Virus record (IMG/VR): IMGVR_UViG_3300036884_000676
DNA from: a virus
Taxonomy: Duplodnaviria > Heunggongvirae > Uroviricota > Caudoviricetes
DNA: 64,000 nt
Strand: one strand, 5' to 3'
Of the stretch, positions 9,030 to 19,250 are shown in pieces (positions within the stretch are counted from its first letter, which is position 1; every line of letters starts with the position of its first letter). The notes beneath the pieces were generated by a model. The model did no database searches. It saw only the letters and a program-made list of their open reading frames with translations, and had not been told where the DNA came from. The translations under genes and the position numbers were made by a program.

Positions 9030-10387
9030 ATGATTACCAGTTTTAAAATATTCGAAAGTTCATTCAAACAATTATCTATTCCAGTAGTTAATAGATATGT
9101 TTATCATTCTTCTAATCCAATATTTAGGAAATCAATATTAGAAAAAGGTTTGATACCAAAAAAAGGGGACAAAGAATTGGAGAAGATCATTATGGTAAAG
9201 CTATATTTGTCACTAATTCAGATAAGAAAAAAGATTGGTTTGATTCGACCTATGATGACGATGTTTATAAGATTGATACAACAAAGACAAATAATTTATG
9301 GTATAAGGATCTAAATATGTATTCAAAAAGCATAGGATCTGATATTTATATTTTAACATTTGAACCTATTCCTCCAGAATCCATAGAATTAATTTATAAG
9401 GGGAGTGGAAATGATAAACTAAAAAGAAATTGGAGAAAAAATAGAATTGTTGAAGAATTAGATTTAAAATCAAATCCATTAATATTTTGGCACGGAACAG
9501 CTAGTCAAGATTTAAGAGGAGGACTTAGTGGTTTACACTTAGGTACTTATGAAGCAGCCAAGATAGCATTAGAAGCAACAATAGGGATTCCAGTAAAAGG
9601 AGAATGGGATGGGAAAAGAGAATATGGGAAAACAAAACTATCTGGTAAAAAAAGATTAAGAACAGGAGAAAAAGGTAAATATCGTATTTCTGGATATAAT
9701 TGTGACATACCAGATGATGATTTTTTTCCAGTAGATAATCCATATAAAGCAAAATATTCAAATGGAGAAGAAATTTCTTTGAAATGTAAACCAATTATTT
9801 TTCCTTGTAAAATTGTTGGACCAATGACAAACACGATTCACAATCCACATTCTGATGATATGGCCAATTCAATGATGAAAGGACAATTAAAAAAAGGGAA
9901 TGCTAAAAAAGGTTATTATTATATAAATGATGTGGAAGATTCAGGATCGATTTCAGTAGTAGTTCCAAATTATAAACATATAGAAATTATGAAAAATGTA
10001 TCGGAAAATGTTACACCAAAAACGAGGATTGAAGATGAAATAGATCGTCTGATGGATAAGGGGTATAAAAATCTTACTCCAGATGAACAGGATTTTTTAA
10101 AAAATCCATATAAATCAACTGAAGAACCAAAAGAAGAACCAAAAAAAGAAATTTTGAAATATTATAGTATAGCTGAAGATTTCTTTCGTAGAGTCTTATC
10201 AACAGATGTCAGGAACTATGAATTAAATGATAATCTTGATATTTTTGATATTGTAAAAGATGATAATGAAGCTTTTGATGTTGCCAATACAATCTATTAT
10301 AAATATGGTATTCAAATAGATCCTGAAAACAACGATGAATTTAAATTAGTTAATATATTCAAGAAAATTAATAGTAAAATCAAATAA
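9030..10387 (+). CDS. Multi-domain ART/Tpt1-like protein split by a -1 frameshift at A7G4 (9158-9168)
   Basis: YHSS...SILEKGL domain continues in the -1 frame (GQRIGEDHYGKAIF...) without a stop into ORF 9317; second FWHGT...GLHLGT domain. Confidence 0.65.
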
Positions 10388-10390
10388 AAA

Positions 10391-10502
10391 ACTCCAACAG
10401 GGTTGCACCCTGATTCTGGGAATGTTACTGGATTTCTCCACCCAGCATCACATCTTGCTGACTTTTCAGACCTTTGTAGTTTACCTGCAATTGGATTGGA
10501 GT
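10391..10502 (-). ncRNA. Unassigned GC-rich multi-hairpin RNA candidate
   Basis: Terminal ACUCCAA/UUGGAGU helix enclosing CUGA-AAAG-UCAG, CUGGG/CCCAG with UGGA-GAAA-UCCA, and CAGGG-UGCAA-CCCUG. Confidence 0.5.
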
Positions 10503-10509
10503 ATAATTT

Positions 10510-10686
10510 TTAACACAATCCCAATTTACCAGCATTTAGAATTTCAGTCTCAACCAATCTCAACCATTCTTTAAAATCATTAATCTCTTGAACAGTTAAT
10601 TTTTCATTGAGAGTATTACATACTATATTGGTCAGTTTCGAATTGTTTGAAACATGAACCATCTTTGATAATAAATTTCTATCCAT
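10510..10686 (-). CDS. 58-aa hypothetical protein MDRNLLSK...GKLGLC (below the ORF-track cutoff)
   Basis: Manual translation; AT-rich promoter-like region upstream. Confidence 0.55.
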   Translation of the reverse strand: MDRNLLSKMVHVSNNSKLTNIVCNTLNEKLTVQEINDFKEWLRLVETEILNAGKLGLC

Positions 10687-10859
10687 TGTCTTTATATTTT
10701 TTATAAAGGTAAAAACTTTAATTGAATAAAAAAAATTCGTCTTATACCATTATATATTTTTTTATCTCAGGGGATTGTTGTAATTTTGTACAGTAAACAT
10801 AAAAATTTCATTTTTTTATTCGAAAAATGTTTCATATATTTGTAAAAAATAACTAAAAG

Positions 10860-12080
10860 ATGGATAAGTATAGTTTCCTTGACCAAGACCAATACAAGTT
10901 TACGATGATGCAGGCCGTCATTCGACTTTTTCCAAATTTAATAGTCAGATACAAATTCATTAATCGTGGAAAGACAGTTTGGCCAGAGGGAATGGCTCAA
11001 AAACTCAGAGAACGATTGAAACGATTTTCCGAGGAAGCAATTCTTACAAAAGAAGAATTGGAATATCTTTCTGGAATCCGTTTTTTCCTTCCATTCTTCC
11101 TTTGGGTTCTTTCAAAATATCGTTTCGATGTAAGTGAAGTTCATGTTACCGATAATATTGACGATACCTATGTTGAGGGATACTGGTGGAGAACAATCCT
11201 TTGGGAATGTATATTTTTATCAATGTTATCTGAGTTATATCACGAGATGACAGGTCATAAACTTCCCGAAAGAAGTATCCTTACCAAACTTAATATGAGT
11301 AAAGGGTGGGATTTTTATAAAAACGACATCAATTTCGTTGAAGCTGGTTTCCGCCGTAGGTTTTCTTTCGATAACCAAGATTATGTTATCAATGATTTGA
11401 TTAAATCCTCAAAAAGTTGTCTTATCGGTACAAGTAATGTATATTTCGCTAAAAAATACAATCTGATACCAATCGGGACTGTCGCTCACGAATGGTACAT
11501 GGCTCATTCAGCTATGTTCGGATATCATGAAGCAAACCGTAAATCATTAGAAGATTGGATCAGGGTTTACAATGGAGATTTGGGTACGGTATTACCCGAC
11601 ACTTTCACATCAAAGGCATTTTTCAACATTTTCGATACACACTTCGCTAAATTGTTTGATGGGTTCAGACAAGATAGTGGTGATCCCTTTATCATCGGTC
11701 ATTTGGGTCTTGATAATTATTACAGGACAATTCATGATAAACATATAATTCAGTCAAAGTCAGTTATTTTTAGTAACGCCTTGGATAATCTCAAATCAAT
11801 CCTTGAAATCAGTGATGAATTCAAAAAAGAACTTATTACCCGTTTCATGATTGGAACTTGGTTAACTTGTGATATTCCTATCATTTCGGATGAATCGAAG
11901 TCTGTTGATTTTTCTACTATGGAAAAAATAAAACCATTAAACATTGTCATGAAATTATCTCATGTGTTTATTGATGGTGTATGGATTCCTGTTGTTAAAT
12001 TGGGAGATGGTAGTGGGGAGAAATATACAGGTGATCCCAATCAGATTGATTTAGCAAAAAGAATTTTAAATATTAAGTAA
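10860..12080 (+). CDS. pncB: Nicotinate phosphoribosyltransferase
   Basis: LDQDQYKFTM, EAGFRRRFS, GTSNV, GTVAHEW, PDTF, RQDSGDP, LNIVMK, KLGD. Confidence 0.92.
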   Translation: MDKYSFLDQDQYKFTMMQAVIRLFPNLIVRYKFINRGKTVWPEGMAQKLRERLKRFSEEAILTKEELEYLSGIRFFLPFFLWVLSKYRFDVSEVHVTDNIDDTYVEGYWWRTILWECIFLSMLSELYHEMTGHKLPERSILTKLNMSKGWDFYKNDINFVEAGFRRRFSFDNQDYVINDLIKSSKSCLIGTSNVYFAKKYNLIPIGTVAHEWYMAHSAMFGYHEANRKSLEDWIRVYNGDLGTVLPDTFTSKAFFNIFDTHFAKLFDGFRQDSGDPFIIGHLGLDNYYRTIHDKHIIQSKSVIFSNALDNLKSILEISDEFKKELITRFMIGTWLTCDIPIISDESKSVDFSTMEKIKPLNIVMKLSHVFIDGVWIPVVKLGDGSGEKYTGDPNQIDLAKRILNIK

Positions 12081-12081
12081 G

Positions 12082-12546
12082 ATGGAAAACTATTTAAGTC
12101 CAAAAACAGAAAAAATAATAGAAGTATTCGCTATTATTTTAACTTGTGTGTTCATGTTTGGTGTGATTCTTACACCAGTAATGATATCCTATTATTATTT
12201 TCATTTTGATACCTATTATATTGGTTTTTTAGTATCAGCTATAATTACAACAGAGATCAGTGTTGGTATCAAAATTTATGGAAAGAAAATAGAAAAAAAA
12301 GGAAAAATACCATTTAGAGAATATCTAAATCAATTAAAACCAAACATCATCACTGATATTTTTGTGATTCTCTCATCTTCCATACTACTTATGATTATAT
12401 GTGCAGTAATCACTTTTATTTTAGCTCTCTTTGATATCAATCATTTTACAAATGGTTTTCTAAATGGAATCATTTTGGCACTTGTGTTGATAGGAATTAA
12501 TAAATTGTATAAAAAAGAAATTAAAGGAAAATCTTTGTTGGTATGA
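12082..12546 (+). CDS. Four-helix membrane protein
   Basis: Four hydrophobic segments. Confidence 0.6.
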   Translation: MENYLSPKTEKIIEVFAIILTCVFMFGVILTPVMISYYYFHFDTYYIGFLVSAIITTEISVGIKIYGKKIEKKGKIPFREYLNQLKPNIITDIFVILSSSILLMIICAVITFILALFDINHFTNGFLNGIILALVLIGINKLYKKEIKGKSLLV

Positions 12547-12788
12547 TAATTACAAAACGAACACCATTTGGAGTTAATACAATGGACATTCCTATTACGG
12601 ATAGTCAATTGGATGAAATAGTGAATTCTGATAAACACATTCAATATATTTGTCCTGAATTACCTGCTTGTGAAAGGGAATTTCTTATTTCAGGAACTAC
12701 ACCTAAGGAATGGGAGAAAATGTTCGGTGGTTGTAGTAATCATTGTCAACCATGTAAATATAATGTAATTCAAATCAATGAACCATGA
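12543..12788 (+). CDS. Hypothetical protein with P.L...EREFLISG.TP.EW motif
   Basis: Coupled ORF. Confidence 0.6.
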   Translation: MIITKRTPFGVNTMDIPITDSQLDEIVNSDKHIQYICPELPACEREFLISGTTPKEWEKMFGGCSNHCQPCKYNVIQINEP

Positions 12789-13132
12789 AAAAAATATTAG
12801 AAAGAAAAGATTTTATCAAATTTACGCATCTGAAAAGTTATATAGAATCTGAGGTGATCGGATTAAATTTGGGTGATTACCCAAATACAGAATTCGATCA
12901 AACTAAATGGGGGGATTTGATTTTTAATCTAAAACTTATGTTTCATTGGTTGAACCATATGAATTCACATTCTTATACAGGAATGTATCATGGATCAACA
13001 GGATTCTTACATATCAATAAAATTAAAACTGTACCTAATTCAGAATTGAAAATTGTTATCAATGAGAACAACGACATTGAATTTCTTGTAGTAAAACGAA
13101 ATACTTATAAATTAAACTTATATAAATCTTAA
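12785..13132 (+). CDS. Hypothetical protein
   Basis: Coupled ORF. Confidence 0.55.
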   Translation: MKKILERKDFIKFTHLKSYIESEVIGLNLGDYPNTEFDQTKWGDLIFNLKLMFHWLNHMNSHSYTGMYHGSTGFLHINKIKTVPNSELKIVINENNDIEFLVVKRNTYKLNLYKS

Positions 13133-13136
13133 ACAA

Positions 13137-13367
13137 ATGAAAAAATCAAATGTTAAAAGGCTTGTTGTCTATTTAAACAACATTGGAAAAAACAAAGATT
13201 TTCATACAACTTACACATACAAAGATGTTGTTGATGAATCTGAAGCAATACGTGTTGTTTGGGCTATGCATTTAGGGCCAACAGATAACACAAGTGATGT
13301 GTTGTTAAAAATAAAAAAGGTCATCTTCAACAATAAACCACTTACTTCTTTTGAGAAAAAGATATAA
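13137..13367 (+). CDS. Hypothetical protein
   Basis: Coupled ORF. Confidence 0.55.
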   Translation: MKKSNVKRLVVYLNNIGKNKDFHTTYTYKDVVDESEAIRVVWAMHLGPTDNTSDVLLKIKKVIFNNKPLTSFEKKI

Positions 13368-14189
13368 ATGAGAACATATGGAAATACTTGGGGGGTTTTT
13401 GATAAGGATGATGTGAATGTTCAATCCCAATTAGTTCTTGCTAATTTAAGAAAAGGCGATAAACTGAAAATTGGTTCTATTGAATATGAAGTAACTGTCC
13501 AAACCAAGAAAACCCTAAGATTAAAATCCGATAAAAAATGTTATTCATTTAAAATTTGGATGTTGGAAGAATTTGGAAAGTGGTGTTGTAATGCGGGTAA
13601 AGGGTATGATCCAGCTGATAAAATATTGAGTGATATACAGGGTGATTTAATTCTGGATAGTATAAACTCTAATAACCCACTTCATGAATTGACCGATTCT
13701 GGGAAAATTTTATTGAGAGATCCGATTTATGAATTCTCAATAGGAATGAATACTTGGAAGAAAGCGATGGACAGAATACTTTCAGTAATAAAATGGCACA
13801 GCTTAGAAAATGATTTTAAAGATATTGTTATTGATAGTAAATTTATAACAGAAGCTAAACATATTTTTTCACTTCCCTTTGTAAAAGAAGAAATTATAAG
13901 ATATACCAAAGGATTCAAAGGTGAAGCAAAAGAATCAAAAGAGGCCTTTCTTATACTTGGTAAGTATATGAAAGGAGAAGATATAACGGAAGAAGAAAAG
14001 AACTTTTTTAAAGACCAGATGATTGACATTCTTAAAGGTATCGGGGTCATTCTTCCAATTCAATTAATACCATTACCTTTTGTGAGTACAATTCTACTTA
14101 TTGTTATGGATTATACACTAAAAAGTATGGGTATAAAAATTTTACCGAGTTCATTTTATGAGGAGGAAAAGAAAGATGAAAAATTATAA
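13368..14189 (+). CDS. Hypothetical protein with C-terminal hydrophobic hairpin
   Basis: 273-aa ORF; DILKGIGVILPIQLIPLPF segment. Confidence 0.55.
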   Translation: MRTYGNTWGVFDKDDVNVQSQLVLANLRKGDKLKIGSIEYEVTVQTKKTLRLKSDKKCYSFKIWMLEEFGKWCCNAGKGYDPADKILSDIQGDLILDSINSNNPLHELTDSGKILLRDPIYEFSIGMNTWKKAMDRILSVIKWHSLENDFKDIVIDSKFITEAKHIFSLPFVKEEIIRYTKGFKGEAKESKEAFLILGKYMKGEDITEEEKNFFKDQMIDILKGIGVILPIQLIPLPFVSTILLIVMDYTLKSMGIKILPSSFYEEEKKDEKL

Positions 14190-14439
14190 AGTATCTGATT
14201 TTAATCAGGGAGATAAAGTAAAGATTATTGGAAACATTGGATTTGCTCTATCTTCTGGTGGAACTTATCCCCCAAAAGATTCGAAAGAATATCCAATGGT
14301 CGGAATTATCGAGAAAAAATCACCATGTTTATTATCCTTGATCCCAATTGGTTATTCTATCACGGTAAATGGATATGGGTTTCGTTTGGATACTCTTATT
14401 AAGAATGATTTAATTGAAAAAATAGAAAATGAATCCTGA
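14158..14439 (+). CDS. Hypothetical protein
   Basis: Overlapping ORF string. Confidence 0.5.
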   Translation: MRRKRKMKNYKVSDFNQGDKVKIIGNIGFALSSGGTYPPKDSKEYPMVGIIEKKSPCLLSLIPIGYSITVNGYGFRLDTLIKNDLIEKIENES

Positions 14440-14656
14440 TGAATGTATCGCTTGTGGAAAATGTTGTAATAAACATTGGTTGGTAAAATTAACGAATGAC
14501 AGAGAAAAAAAGATGTTTAAAGGAAGTTTGGTTTCTGGTGAATTTATATGGACGAATGAATGTAAGTTTCTTTTAAAGAATGGTAAATGTAAAATTCACG
14601 GAGAAAAACAACCTTATAAATGTAAAGAATACTTTTGTGAGGGAAGAAAAATTTAA
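14429..14656 (+). CDS. YkgJ-like cysteine-cluster protein
   Basis: CIACGKCC...CKFL...CKIH...PYKCKEYFC. Confidence 0.7.
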   Translation: MNPDECIACGKCCNKHWLVKLTNDREKKMFKGSLVSGEFIWTNECKFLLKNGKCKIHGEKQPYKCKEYFCEGRKI

Positions 14657-14659
14657 GTT

Positions 14660-15175
14660 ATGAATTATCTAAGAATAATATTAAGTTGTTTCGTAATTTA
14701 TTTGTTTATTGTAGTAGCAATTAGATTATTCGGGAAAAAGGAATTGTCCCAATTATCGGTTGTTGACTTGGTATTCATTCTTCTTATAAGTAATGCGGTT
14801 CAAAACGCGATGGTAGGGTCTGATTCATCTCTTTTAGGTGGATTGATCGCCGCTAGTACCTTATTCATAGTAAATTATTTCTTTAAAATTTTCCTATTTA
14901 AATATCCCAGATTTAATAAACTGGTTCAGGGGAAACCTATACCACTTATCATACGGGGAGTTGTAAATGATGAAAATTTATTAAAGGCCAGAATGACTTT
15001 TGCTGAATTAAGAGAAACGATCCGTGAACATGGTATAGACCCGAATAATATAAAGAAAATTGATTTGGTGTTACTGGAGGTGGATGGTAATATAAGTGTC
15101 CTGACTAATAATTTTGAATCCAAATCAAAGAAAAGAAGATCACCACATAAAATGTTAAAAAAAGACGCAAATTGA
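14660..15175 (+). CDS. DUF421/YetF-like membrane protein
   Basis: RLFGKKELSQLSVVDLV, QGKP...G, LRE..REHG, LEVDGNISV. Confidence 0.85.
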   Translation: MNYLRIILSCFVIYLFIVVAIRLFGKKELSQLSVVDLVFILLISNAVQNAMVGSDSSLLGGLIAASTLFIVNYFFKIFLFKYPRFNKLVQGKPIPLIIRGVVNDENLLKARMTFAELRETIREHGIDPNNIKKIDLVLLEVDGNISVLTNNFESKSKKRRSPHKMLKKDAN

Positions 15176-15352
15176 AAAATATATTTTATTGGATTAACGA
15201 ACATATTTGGTACAAACACTTTTTTCAAGATGGTAAACAGATTTATCATATTGTTGAAATGAAAGGTATCAGAACATTTTTGGTTGATGGACAAGGGGGA
15301 CAAAGATCAACAATTACACCAATGATTAAAATAGGAAGAAATATATTATAAC

Positions 15353-16171
15353 ATGGAAACTTATAAACCAGCTTTACTTATTTGGATGGAAAAAATGTTT
15401 AAACATGCACGAGAAAGACAATGGTTTGAAACATACCATTGTTTTGATGTACATGGTGTTATTTCTAATCCAGATTATAGAAAAACCGAAAAGGTCGGAA
15501 AGGAATTTAAGATTAATTATTATCCTTGGGCCAAGGAAACCCTTCAATATCTTACAAAGAATCGTCCAGATATGATTCTATTTATTTATACATCATCGTA
15601 TAAAAAAGAAATAGAAAGATACATGGAACAATTCAAAAAAGATGGTATCCATTTTAAATATGTAAATGAAAATCCTGAAATTTCTGATGCCAAGGGAAGT
15701 TTTGGTTGTTACGATAAGAAACCTTACTGGAATTCTATATGGGAAGATAAAGCTGGTTTCGATCCAGAGATAGATTGGAAATCATTTTATGACTATTTCA
15801 CAACTTCAGATTATAAACCAGATCCGAGTTGGAGTTTTAAATCAGATGAATCTTATCATGAAAAAATAAAACCAATAAGTTATAAAGATTTGACTGATGA
15901 ACAATTGATAGAATTTGCTAAACTAAGAATTGATAATTCTCCTGAGTGGAAAAGTTATGGAAGATTATACTATGAAAAGCATGTGAATAAAAAAATTACT
16001 ATCAAAAAAATCACCATCGAGGACAAGCATAATTATGATTATTTTTGTGTGTCTTTTATTGTTAAAACAAAAGAATTTGCTGACGAAAGATTACCAATTC
16101 AATTTGATAGGTTTTATCCCAATGAAATATCATATCTTATTAAGTGTGGAATTAACTTTGAAATGTTATGA
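15353..16171 (+). CDS. HAD-like hydrolase domain protein
   Basis: FDVHGVI motif I-like, YTSS, YVNENPE, WEDKAGF. Confidence 0.55.
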   Translation: METYKPALLIWMEKMFKHARERQWFETYHCFDVHGVISNPDYRKTEKVGKEFKINYYPWAKETLQYLTKNRPDMILFIYTSSYKKEIERYMEQFKKDGIHFKYVNENPEISDAKGSFGCYDKKPYWNSIWEDKAGFDPEIDWKSFYDYFTTSDYKPDPSWSFKSDESYHEKIKPISYKDLTDEQLIEFAKLRIDNSPEWKSYGRLYYEKHVNKKITIKKITIEDKHNYDYFCVSFIVKTKEFADERLPIQFDRFYPNEISYLIKCGINFEML

Positions 16172-16467
16172 AAAATATTATATTATTTGTCCTTTTGTTT
16201 GTAGGAACACAAACGATGGCTCAAAAAATCGAATCAATCAGAGTAGATAGTTTACAATATAATTTTTACATACAGGGAATTCCGGGTGTAAAATATGAAT
16301 GGATATTTACTACCCCTCCCGACTATAATGATCAGTATATAATCACTAAGAAGGACACTACATATTTTCATTTTAGGTCGGTTGGGTCAGTCGCTGTTAT
16401 GGTGAGATATAAAGACAAAGAGGGTAAATGGTCGGACAATTTATTTACAAATATTAAAGTAAAATAA
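16168..16467 (+). CDS. Secreted small beta-sandwich protein
   Basis: Signal peptide MKNIILFVLLFVGTQTMA. Confidence 0.55.
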   Translation: MKNIILFVLLFVGTQTMAQKIESIRVDSLQYNFYIQGIPGVKYEWIFTTPPDYNDQYIITKKDTTYFHFRSVGSVAVMVRYKDKEGKWSDNLFTNIKVK

Positions 16468-16469
16468 TA

Positions 16470-17174
16470 ATGAATAAAAAAGACATTTTAAAAGGAAAAT
16501 TTGATAAGAAGTCAGTTGATTCTTTATCAACAAAAGAAAAATCAGATATGATTTATTCACTTCATTCTCCATGTACTAAAGAAGTAAGTGCAAGACTTAA
16601 ACCTCATCCATTGGAGGGAATCGGTGAATTTGGAATTGAAAATATTACCAAATTTTTAAAACTCTGTATGAAAACCAATCAGGATAATGTCGAATGGTTT
16701 TTACTTCATATTACTGATTTTATTAGATGTGATCATGATATGAAGAAATCTAAAAAGATTATTTCCGAATTTCAAAAAGTTAAAACTTTTAATATTCTTA
16801 GTAAATATTTAGCTAAAGATAAAGGAACGACACCTTGGAAATCTACTGAAATAGATAAATATAATGTATGGTTCAGTGGTAATTCTCTTTTTCCTCTGGA
16901 AGATGAAATTAAGAGGATCGAAGAAAAGAAGAAATCTGATACGAAGAAAGAAGAAGAGAAAACGAAAAAACGAGTTGTATCAGAAATGATTCAAAAAAAG
17001 GTTAGGAAAAATATCAAAAAATTTGAAGTTGATACTATCCTTTACCTTGATGAATTATTCAGTAAAGGACAAATCACAAAAGAATATTATAATACATTCG
17101 TTAAGAAGGTTCACATGATTGGTTATAAAACTACGAGTGTGGTTTTTAGTAATTTTGAAACATGGATGATATGA
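16470..17174 (+). CDS. Hypothetical protein
   Basis: 234-aa ORF. Confidence 0.55.
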   Translation: MNKKDILKGKFDKKSVDSLSTKEKSDMIYSLHSPCTKEVSARLKPHPLEGIGEFGIENITKFLKLCMKTNQDNVEWFLLHITDFIRCDHDMKKSKKIISEFQKVKTFNILSKYLAKDKGTTPWKSTEIDKYNVWFSGNSLFPLEDEIKRIEEKKKSDTKKEEEKTKKRVVSEMIQKKVRKNIKKFEVDTILYLDELFSKGQITKEYYNTFVKKVHMIGYKTTSVVFSNFETWMI

Positions 17175-17458
17175 ATGAAAATCTAATTATTGGTAATATT
17201 GTTTATTTCGCCAAAACAGAAGAATTTTGGGATAAACCCTTTGTAATGAAACGACACCATGTTTATGATACCAGAACCGTAATATTAAAAGGTAAAGTGA
17301 CTGAGATAAAAGGGGATGAATTTAAAGCCAAACTTATTGATAATAACGGATTCGAAAAAGATGGTGAAGAATTTGTATTTCATAAGAATTCCCTTTTAGT
17401 CAATCAAGATTTTAAAAATTTTAATTTACTTGGGAAGTGGAAAATAAATGACATATAA
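17162..17458 (+). CDS. Hypothetical protein
   Basis: Coupled ORF. Confidence 0.5.
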   Translation: MDDMNENLIIGNIVYFAKTEEFWDKPFVMKRHHVYDTRTVILKGKVTEIKGDEFKAKLIDNNGFEKDGEEFVFHKNSLLVNQDFKNFNLLGKWKINDI

Positions 17459-18529
17459 ATGAAAATACTAATTGGAATAACAGGTGGTATAGCGGCTTAT
17501 AAGACATTGGATGTCATATCCATTCTTCAAAAGAAAGGACACGAAGTTCATGTTATTATGAGTGAAAACGCAAAACATTTCGTTACAGAAGAAGTGGTAA
17601 ATGTTATCAGTAAAGAAAATCTGAAAACAGAAACATTCGGAGAAACAATTCATATCAAGGAATCAAAATGGTGTGATGCTTTTGTTCTTTGTCCAGCAAC
17701 AGCCAATTCCATCGCTAAAATAAATTATGGGATATCAGATAGTTTTCTGTTGTCTACTGTTTTGGCACTTCCTGATAAAATTCGAATTTGTTGTCCGGCC
17801 ATGAATACCAATATGTGGGAGAATCCCATCACCCAGCAAAATATTGATTCATTAAAGAAACATGGTTGGAAAATAATTTTTCCAGTTGAAGGTATGTTGG
17901 CTTGTAATGATTTCGGTATGGGTAAATTACCATCACCGAAAGTAATTGTTGAGAAAATCACTGATATTATCAATCCACTTCCAATGTGGTGTTCACCATT
18001 CAAAAATAATTTGAATTATAAAGGAACGACCATAGATTCATTTTCTTTCCTTGATTATGAATGGAGAAAAGAATTCGAAATCAATATGTTTCCTCATGTG
18101 GGGTCTTTTGGAGTACGCCGTAGACACGATGTTCATAAGGGTATAGATTTATATGCCGAAGTTGGAACTGAGGTCTATTCAGTAGAATTTGGTGAAATAG
18201 TAGACATTTGTTGGTTTACTGGTGAACCTCTGGGGATGCCTTGGTGGGAAGATACTAAGGCTGTTTATGTAAAGGGAAAATCTGGAATTGTGGTATATGG
18301 TGAAATCGAACCAAATCCCTCCTTAGAGATTGGTCAAACTTGGTGTTCTGAAATGTTGATCGGTACAGTGAAAAGAGTTCTCAAAAAGGATAATCACAGA
18401 CCATTATCCATGTTACATTTGGAATTACATCATCCAGATCACATTCACACTCCACAGTGGGAAATCGGTCAACCGAAACCAGTTGGCGTTCTTGATCCGA
18501 CCCCTTATTTGTTAAATATTTACAAATAA
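17459..18529 (+). CDS. coaC: Phosphopantothenoylcysteine decarboxylase (CoaC) flavoprotein fused to an M23-like peptidase domain
   Basis: ILIGITGGIAAYK, HI, PATANSIAK, PAMNTNMW, GMLAC; then HKGIDLY and LHLELH. Confidence 0.85.
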   Translation: MKILIGITGGIAAYKTLDVISILQKKGHEVHVIMSENAKHFVTEEVVNVISKENLKTETFGETIHIKESKWCDAFVLCPATANSIAKINYGISDSFLLSTVLALPDKIRICCPAMNTNMWENPITQQNIDSLKKHGWKIIFPVEGMLACNDFGMGKLPSPKVIVEKITDIINPLPMWCSPFKNNLNYKGTTIDSFSFLDYEWRKEFEINMFPHVGSFGVRRRHDVHKGIDLYAEVGTEVYSVEFGEIVDICWFTGEPLGMPWWEDTKAVYVKGKSGIVVYGEIEPNPSLEIGQTWCSEMLIGTVKRVLKKDNHRPLSMLHLELHHPDHIHTPQWEIGQPKPVGVLDPTPYLLNIYK

Positions 18530-18536
18530 AAATATC

Positions 18537-19250
18537 ATGAAAAAGATTTTAATTACTTCAGGTGGTACAAGAGAATATATTGATGAAGTTCGTGTACTCA
18601 CCAATATATCATCTGGTAAATTGGGTTCATTAATAGCGGATCAATTTTCGATATTTAATGGTCCTTATTCCGTTTCTCATAAGTGTAATTTATATGAAGT
18701 ACATTTCGTTTATGTGAAAGGTTCATTGAAACCATTTTTTGAGGGGGATGATGTTATATTACATGAAGTAACTGATGTTAAATCCGTTTATGATATAATG
18801 GAAAAACTCGTTCCAGAAATGGATGTGGTTATTCATCCGATGGCCGTATCAGACTTTGGATTTACCCCAATCAAAACAAAACTAAAAAGTAATGATCCAG
18901 AGGGTTTCATTCAAAGTATGAAAGAAAGAATTTATCAAACTCCAAAGATATTATCTCATATAAAAGAATGGAATCCCAATTGCTTTCTTATTTCTTTTAA
19001 ATTTGAAAATGAATTAACAAGAGATGAATTACTTTTCTCCGCTGAAGAATCGATGAAGAAGAATGGTTCTGATATTGTCATTGCTAATGATAAATCAGAA
19101 ATGAAAAAATTGGGTGTTCACAAGGCTTATGTTATCAGGAAAGAACCAGTACCAACTTATGGTGTTTATGGAAGATTGGATTGTGAATTAAATGGAAAAG
19201 ATGAAATAGCCAGAAAAATTTTTAAAATAGTAAACGAATTGAATGATTGA
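18537..19250 (+). CDS. coaB: Phosphopantothenate-cysteine ligase (CoaB)
   Basis: ILITSGGTREYIDEVRVLTNISSGKLG, AVSDF, ISFKFE, VIAND. Confidence 0.88.
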   Translation: MKKILITSGGTREYIDEVRVLTNISSGKLGSLIADQFSIFNGPYSVSHKCNLYEVHFVYVKGSLKPFFEGDDVILHEVTDVKSVYDIMEKLVPEMDVVIHPMAVSDFGFTPIKTKLKSNDPEGFIQSMKERIYQTPKILSHIKEWNPNCFLISFKFENELTRDELLFSAEESMKKNGSDIVIANDKSEMKKLGVHKAYVIRKEPVPTYGVYGRLDCELNGKDEIARKIFKIVNELND

